A stretch of DNA of 63,994 nucleotides, the filler included, from Sphacelaria rigidula (Eukaryota), in assembly GCA_964200075.2 (NCBI GenBank). It is 4 parts of 4 records of this genome, joined end to end, with 100 filler letters (N's around TTAATTAATTAA, not from the genome) between each part and the next. Parts side by side here need not be neighbours in the genome. Positions count along the whole stretch, not along the records: positions 48,356 to 63,994 come from CAXNAA020001661.1; 3 more parts are not named here. One strand, 5' to 3'. Position numbers and translations under genes: made by a program. Position 1 is the stretch's first letter. The number at the start of each line of letters is the position of its first letter. Below the pieces are notes generated by a model. It was not told the DNA's origin. It did not search any database and saw only the letters and a list, made by a program, of their open reading frames with translations. Positions 60,221 through 63,994 of the stretch are shown piece by piece.

Positions 60221-60413
60221 ACAACGAGCATGACTCGTGTGCTCGAGTCAATTTGTTTTTACAACGTGCAATGACTCGAGTGCTCGCCCTTTTAGTTTTT
60301 CCACAACGAGCAATGACTCGAGTGCTCGCTCTAGTAGGTTTTTCCGCAACGAGCAATGACTCGAGTGCTCACCCTATGAGTTCTTTCCACAACGAGCATT
60401 GACTCGAGTGCTC
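60221..60413. repeat. 40-43-bp periodic repeat x5, truncated by Gypsy B
   Basis: Core caacgagcaatgactcgagtgctc at 60221, 60261, 60303, 60346 and 60389. Confidence 0.9.
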
Positions 60414-60960
60414 TGTGACATCACGCCGTCACGTTGAGTATATAGTGATTATATGGATGATGACTTGGGATCTGTAGTGATAATATGGATGATGACATGG
60501 ACACAGGGGTGATACCCTGATGTGGTTTATCGCCTGGGTGGAACTCCAGGATGATAAAAGGTGTTGTTGAGGCTAACAACTGAAACCTGAGGCCAATGGG
60601 ACTGGGGAGTCCCTCAACAGCATTAGACGCTGCAGTACTAGCAATCTGCTGGCGTCGCAATATCGATATTAGCGGTAGTGCTAGTCGTGCTAGTAGTGCT
60701 ATCGTTAGTGACTGCTGGATATGTTTCAGTGGAGAGGAGTCTGGACAGCTTCGGACATATTTCTTCACGGTCGCGTGAGAGAGTTCAAGCTGAGGTAGCT
60801 GCGAAGGCGGCTGGCACGTGATTGATCCAGACTGGAGACTTGCTGGAGCTGCGTGCAGCGGGAGCTTATAAGACCCCACGGCTGTGGTGCGGCGACGAAG
60901 GCAGGTATGAACTGTGGAGTTCGAGAAGATTCAGAAACCTTCGATTAGGTCCGCTCGGAA

Positions 60961-62200
60961 ATGTCGACTACAGAGGTACCGGCCGAAGAGCCAGCGGAGA
61001 CGACAGTAACCCCAGTTGTCCTGAGGGAAGAGTTGCGGCCCCCCAGTCGTGGGAATTCGTATTCTGAGTGTGCTTCTCGTTCGTTTCATGCGAAATACGT
61101 GGAATACAAGAAGCGGGTGGAGCATGCGAATGCGGGGGGTGCGGTAAGGCATCAGGGGTTTCCATGGCGCAACTCGTGCCTACCCCCCTCGAACGCGTTT
61201 TTGAGGGAAGATTTCATGAGAAGAACACAATAACGCAGCTGCAATTGGCTGCAGCGATCAAGAAGCATGCAGGGTATGCGGCGGGGGCTGAGGTAGAGCT
61301 AGCCCAGGCGTCTGCGGCCGTGGCGAAGGCTGTCGCCATGAACCACAAGGGGAAGACCATGCGTGAGAGGGTGGAGCCAATCATGGGAAAGTTGGAGACA
61401 TATTTTCCGGAAAGTACCAAGTCGAGATGGTTTATCGTTCCTCCGATGGGAGATTCCATCCAGGGCCCGCTGCGGTAATCACGAAAGCGATGGTGAAGGG
61501 TCTGACACCGGCGGAATTTAAGCAGGCCGTGCTTGTACAGTTACAGCACGAAACCAATTGGAAGTCAGACTCGTACTTAGTTATGGATACCGTGGTGGCT
61601 GAGGCTCAGGCATGGCGGAAGATTGAAGTATTCGGGAAATCATTCACTTCGTCGCCGCAGTCTTCGAGCTTGCGTAAGCGCGGATTGAAATCCGCCGGTA
61701 GTGTCGCCGCCAATATCATTTGCTTTCAGTGTGGCCAGGTAGGCCACTACGCACGCAAGTGCACAACGCCTTCCGAGGGGGAGTCTGGGCAGACGAGTGC
61801 CGCGCGCCCTTGCAACCAAAAAGGAGGAAACGTTAATGGGGGTGGTGGCGGAGGCGGACCCTCCAGCGGTGGAGGTGTAGAGTCGAGTTCCCAGCAGCAG
61901 CAGCAGCAGCAGCAACAGGGGCAGCGGCGTCAGCAGGGGTCCAGTTCTGGGTCCGGCTCAGCCGCAGGGGCTGCTGCTCCGCACCGGGCGGTGCAGGTGG
62001 GACCGACCACTCTAGTGTCGGGCTTGGTGCCGGCGCCGCCGGCAGCAGAGCAAGGCGAGACGCCTGCTGCTGAGCCGGCCGGATTTCAGCTGAAATTTCA
62101 ATCCGCTGCTGCGTTGGCCGGAGTACCACTGCAATTTGGTTCTGCGGGCGGGGCTTCGTACCCGCCGGCGGTGCCGATTACCCAGCGGGGGCGTCTATGT
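60961..62200 (+). pseudogene. Gypsy B gag (two frameshifts, CCHC knuckle, poly-Q/G linker)
   Basis: Overlapping ORFs 60961-61233, 61068-61478 and 61427-62392. Confidence 0.85.
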
Positions 62201-63931
62201 CTGCGCTGCACGCACAGCCGTGGCGTCAAGTGGGGATCACGACCAATCAGTCGGCGGAGCAGGTGCCGGGCGAGGATCAAGAAAAACATAGTCCTGCAGA
62301 GTTATGTCTCCCAAATCAATGGGCGCGGGGAGCAATATCGGTCAACGCTGTGTTGGATCCAGGCGCCCATTTCACGAGCGTGTCGGTGCTGATTGTGAAG
62401 ATGCTGGAGCGTCTACTCCCCAGTGAGAAAACCCTCATTTCGTTCTCGGTCGAAGCGCGGCAGGCCATCACCGCATCAGGGCAACATATAAATGTCATGG
62501 AGCGTACGATTCCCCTACAGTTGGCGTTTAGGACTACCTGAGGGCCAGCGAAATTACCCCCGATATCGTGTGCGATCATGCCGGGGACGGATGGTGTCGT
62601 TTTGTTGGGCTTCCCAAGGCTTCGGGGACTCGGAGTCGATCCGTATGATCGGTTGTTAGAGTCCCTAGAAACGCAAATGCCGTCACCCGGTTCGAGTATC
62701 GAGACGCCTGCCTTTTTGGCCAGTCGCAGAGTGAGTTTGTCGGTTGATGCTCTCCAGGAGGCGGGGGAAAAGGTGTCCAAGGAGCGTGGTTAGGCGGTGG
62801 AACGCTTAGTGAAGCGTGGCCCCGACATGTTTATGGAGCCGGCAGAAGAGGAGCCCGCGCGAATGGCTGCGCTCGAGGAAAGCGTGACAGATACTGTGGC
62901 AAATGGCCTCAACGTCTCAAAAGCGGAGCGCTTGTGTGGCATATTGTATCGCCACATTAACGCGTTTGGTCGTGCGCTGATGGGTGACTCCCCTGCGCGC
63001 GTGGAACCCATGAGGGTTACACTGAAGCCAGGGGCAGCCGCGGTGAAGGCAAAACCGAGGACGTATGACCCGGTAAAATCCAGTTGGTTAGTTTCTTGCA
63101 CGGGAGCTCTTGTGGCGTTTGGGTTATTGTTCAAGAATCTACAGGGGTTGTGGTCCAGTCCAGCGATGGCGGTGCCGAAGAGGGACTCTTTCCGTCTCGT
63201 CAGCGATTACGGAGCCGTCAATGACCAGGTGGAGAAGTCGCCGGGTATCATGCCCAATCAGGAATCCGACATGATAGACCTGTTGAGTGCGCGATTTTTC
63301 GGTACGTTGGACCTCCCACAGGGATACTGGCAGATGCCGTTGGCCGAAGAGACGCAAGAGATATTCACCATTACGACTCCGTTTGGCACGTTTACCCCGC
63401 AACGAGTACCGCAAGGCGTGTTGAATGCTACTTCCTATTTTTAAGGGGTCGTGCTAGACCTGTTTGATGGCTTGAAATGCAAGATTTTGATGAAATATGT
63501 CTTTTCTTCGCGGATACGAAAGACGAACTGTTGGACACGCTTGATGCAATCTCGGCTCGCTTAGAGAGTGTTGGTCTGTTTGCAGCTGCCCACAAGTGTA
63601 ACATTTTGCTGGTGAATCAGTGTGGTGTGGGAAAGTATATTCACACGGCCGCGTCTCGCATGACCCGGTCCGCTTGCAAGATTTGTCTGACATGCGGCGT
63701 CTAGAAAGAGGAGCAGAACCAATGCAATTCCTGCACGCAATGAACTAGTTGCGTACCTCGTTGCCACGTATGGCCGAAGTAGTGGCGCCCTTGCGCGTTT
63801 TCCTAGAAGAACTCATGGTGGGGGCTGCAAGGCTCACGAAGCGGGTGGCCAAAAACCGCGTTACTTCGCCCGCATCGTGGACGGAGGACAGGCTGCATGC
63901 ATGGGCGGAAGCGAAGGATCTGGTGGCTCAT
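62197..63931 (+). pseudogene. Gypsy B pol: protease and reverse transcriptase with stops
   Basis: NAVLDPGAHFTSV...VVLLGFP; WSSPAMAVPKRDSFRLVSDYGAVN; FTITTPFGTFTPQRVPQG; stops at 62541, 62793 and 63444. Confidence 0.92.
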
Positions 63932-63994
63932 AACAGAGGATTCTATAAAATGAGGTTCATCAATGAAATGAGGTTCGAGCTCAAAACAGTACTT
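63932..63994. mobile_element. MITE family C left end, inserted in Gypsy B pol
   Basis: aacagaggattctataaaatgaggttcatcaatgaaatgaggttcgagc.caaaacagtactt matches 23063-23124. Confidence 0.93.

Larger units (their letters stand above)
60414..63931 (+). mobile_element. Decayed Ty3/Gypsy LTR retrotransposon, family B (putative 5' LTR, gag, protease, RT; runs off window)
   Basis: Begins TGTGACA exactly where the tandem array stops; CFQCGQVGHYARKC knuckle; VLDPGA protease; RLVSDY, LDLPQGYWQMPL, RVPQGVLNA RT motifs. Confidence 0.93.

Noticed and set aside
60221..60413. CRISPR array
   Set aside because: Linkers are too short and mutually similar, no cas genes, eukaryotic TE context.
60768..60790. Primer-binding site of Gypsy B
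   Set aside because: Starts CGG rather than TGG and the tRNA match cannot be verified without the 3' LTR.
1..63994. Endogenous giant-virus or prokaryotic genes
   Set aside because: No intronless gene-dense block or recognisable viral or bacterial hallmark proteins in the ORF track.

Overview
Eukaryotic, gene-poor, transposon-saturated window. The taxon is probably a brown alga or other stramenopile; this is inferred from element types and sequence style, not proven. Four contigs are joined by artificial 100-nt spacers (N44-TTAATTAATTAA-N44), so adjacency across those spacers is not guaranteed. Main content: (1) a decayed >10 kb Ty3/Gypsy element on the minus strand (family A) with an extra upstream ORF and an integrase tail carrying a chromodomain-like module plus a second module, and two deleted relatives, one with a twin-priming-type 5' inversion; (2) a second decayed Gypsy (family B) on the plus strand at the right end; (3) a multiply deleted Copia relic; (4) a tRNA-derived SINE in three copies; (5) many non-autonomous DNA elements: GAG...CTC ends with 4-bp TSD (Sola2-like, including a 1.3-kb member with a PHD-finger relic), 10-bp TSD (Mutator-like), TTAA (piggyBac-like) and long foldbacks; (6) an intact ~2.6-kb terminal exon made of about 25 x 96-bp repeats ending in a WW-like domain, with decayed upstream exons and a Zator-like transposase relic in its intron; (7) exon-like relics of unidentified host genes, several with stops or MITE insertions. 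No rRNA, genuine tRNA, CRISPR array or viral gene could be supported. All alignments were done by eye.
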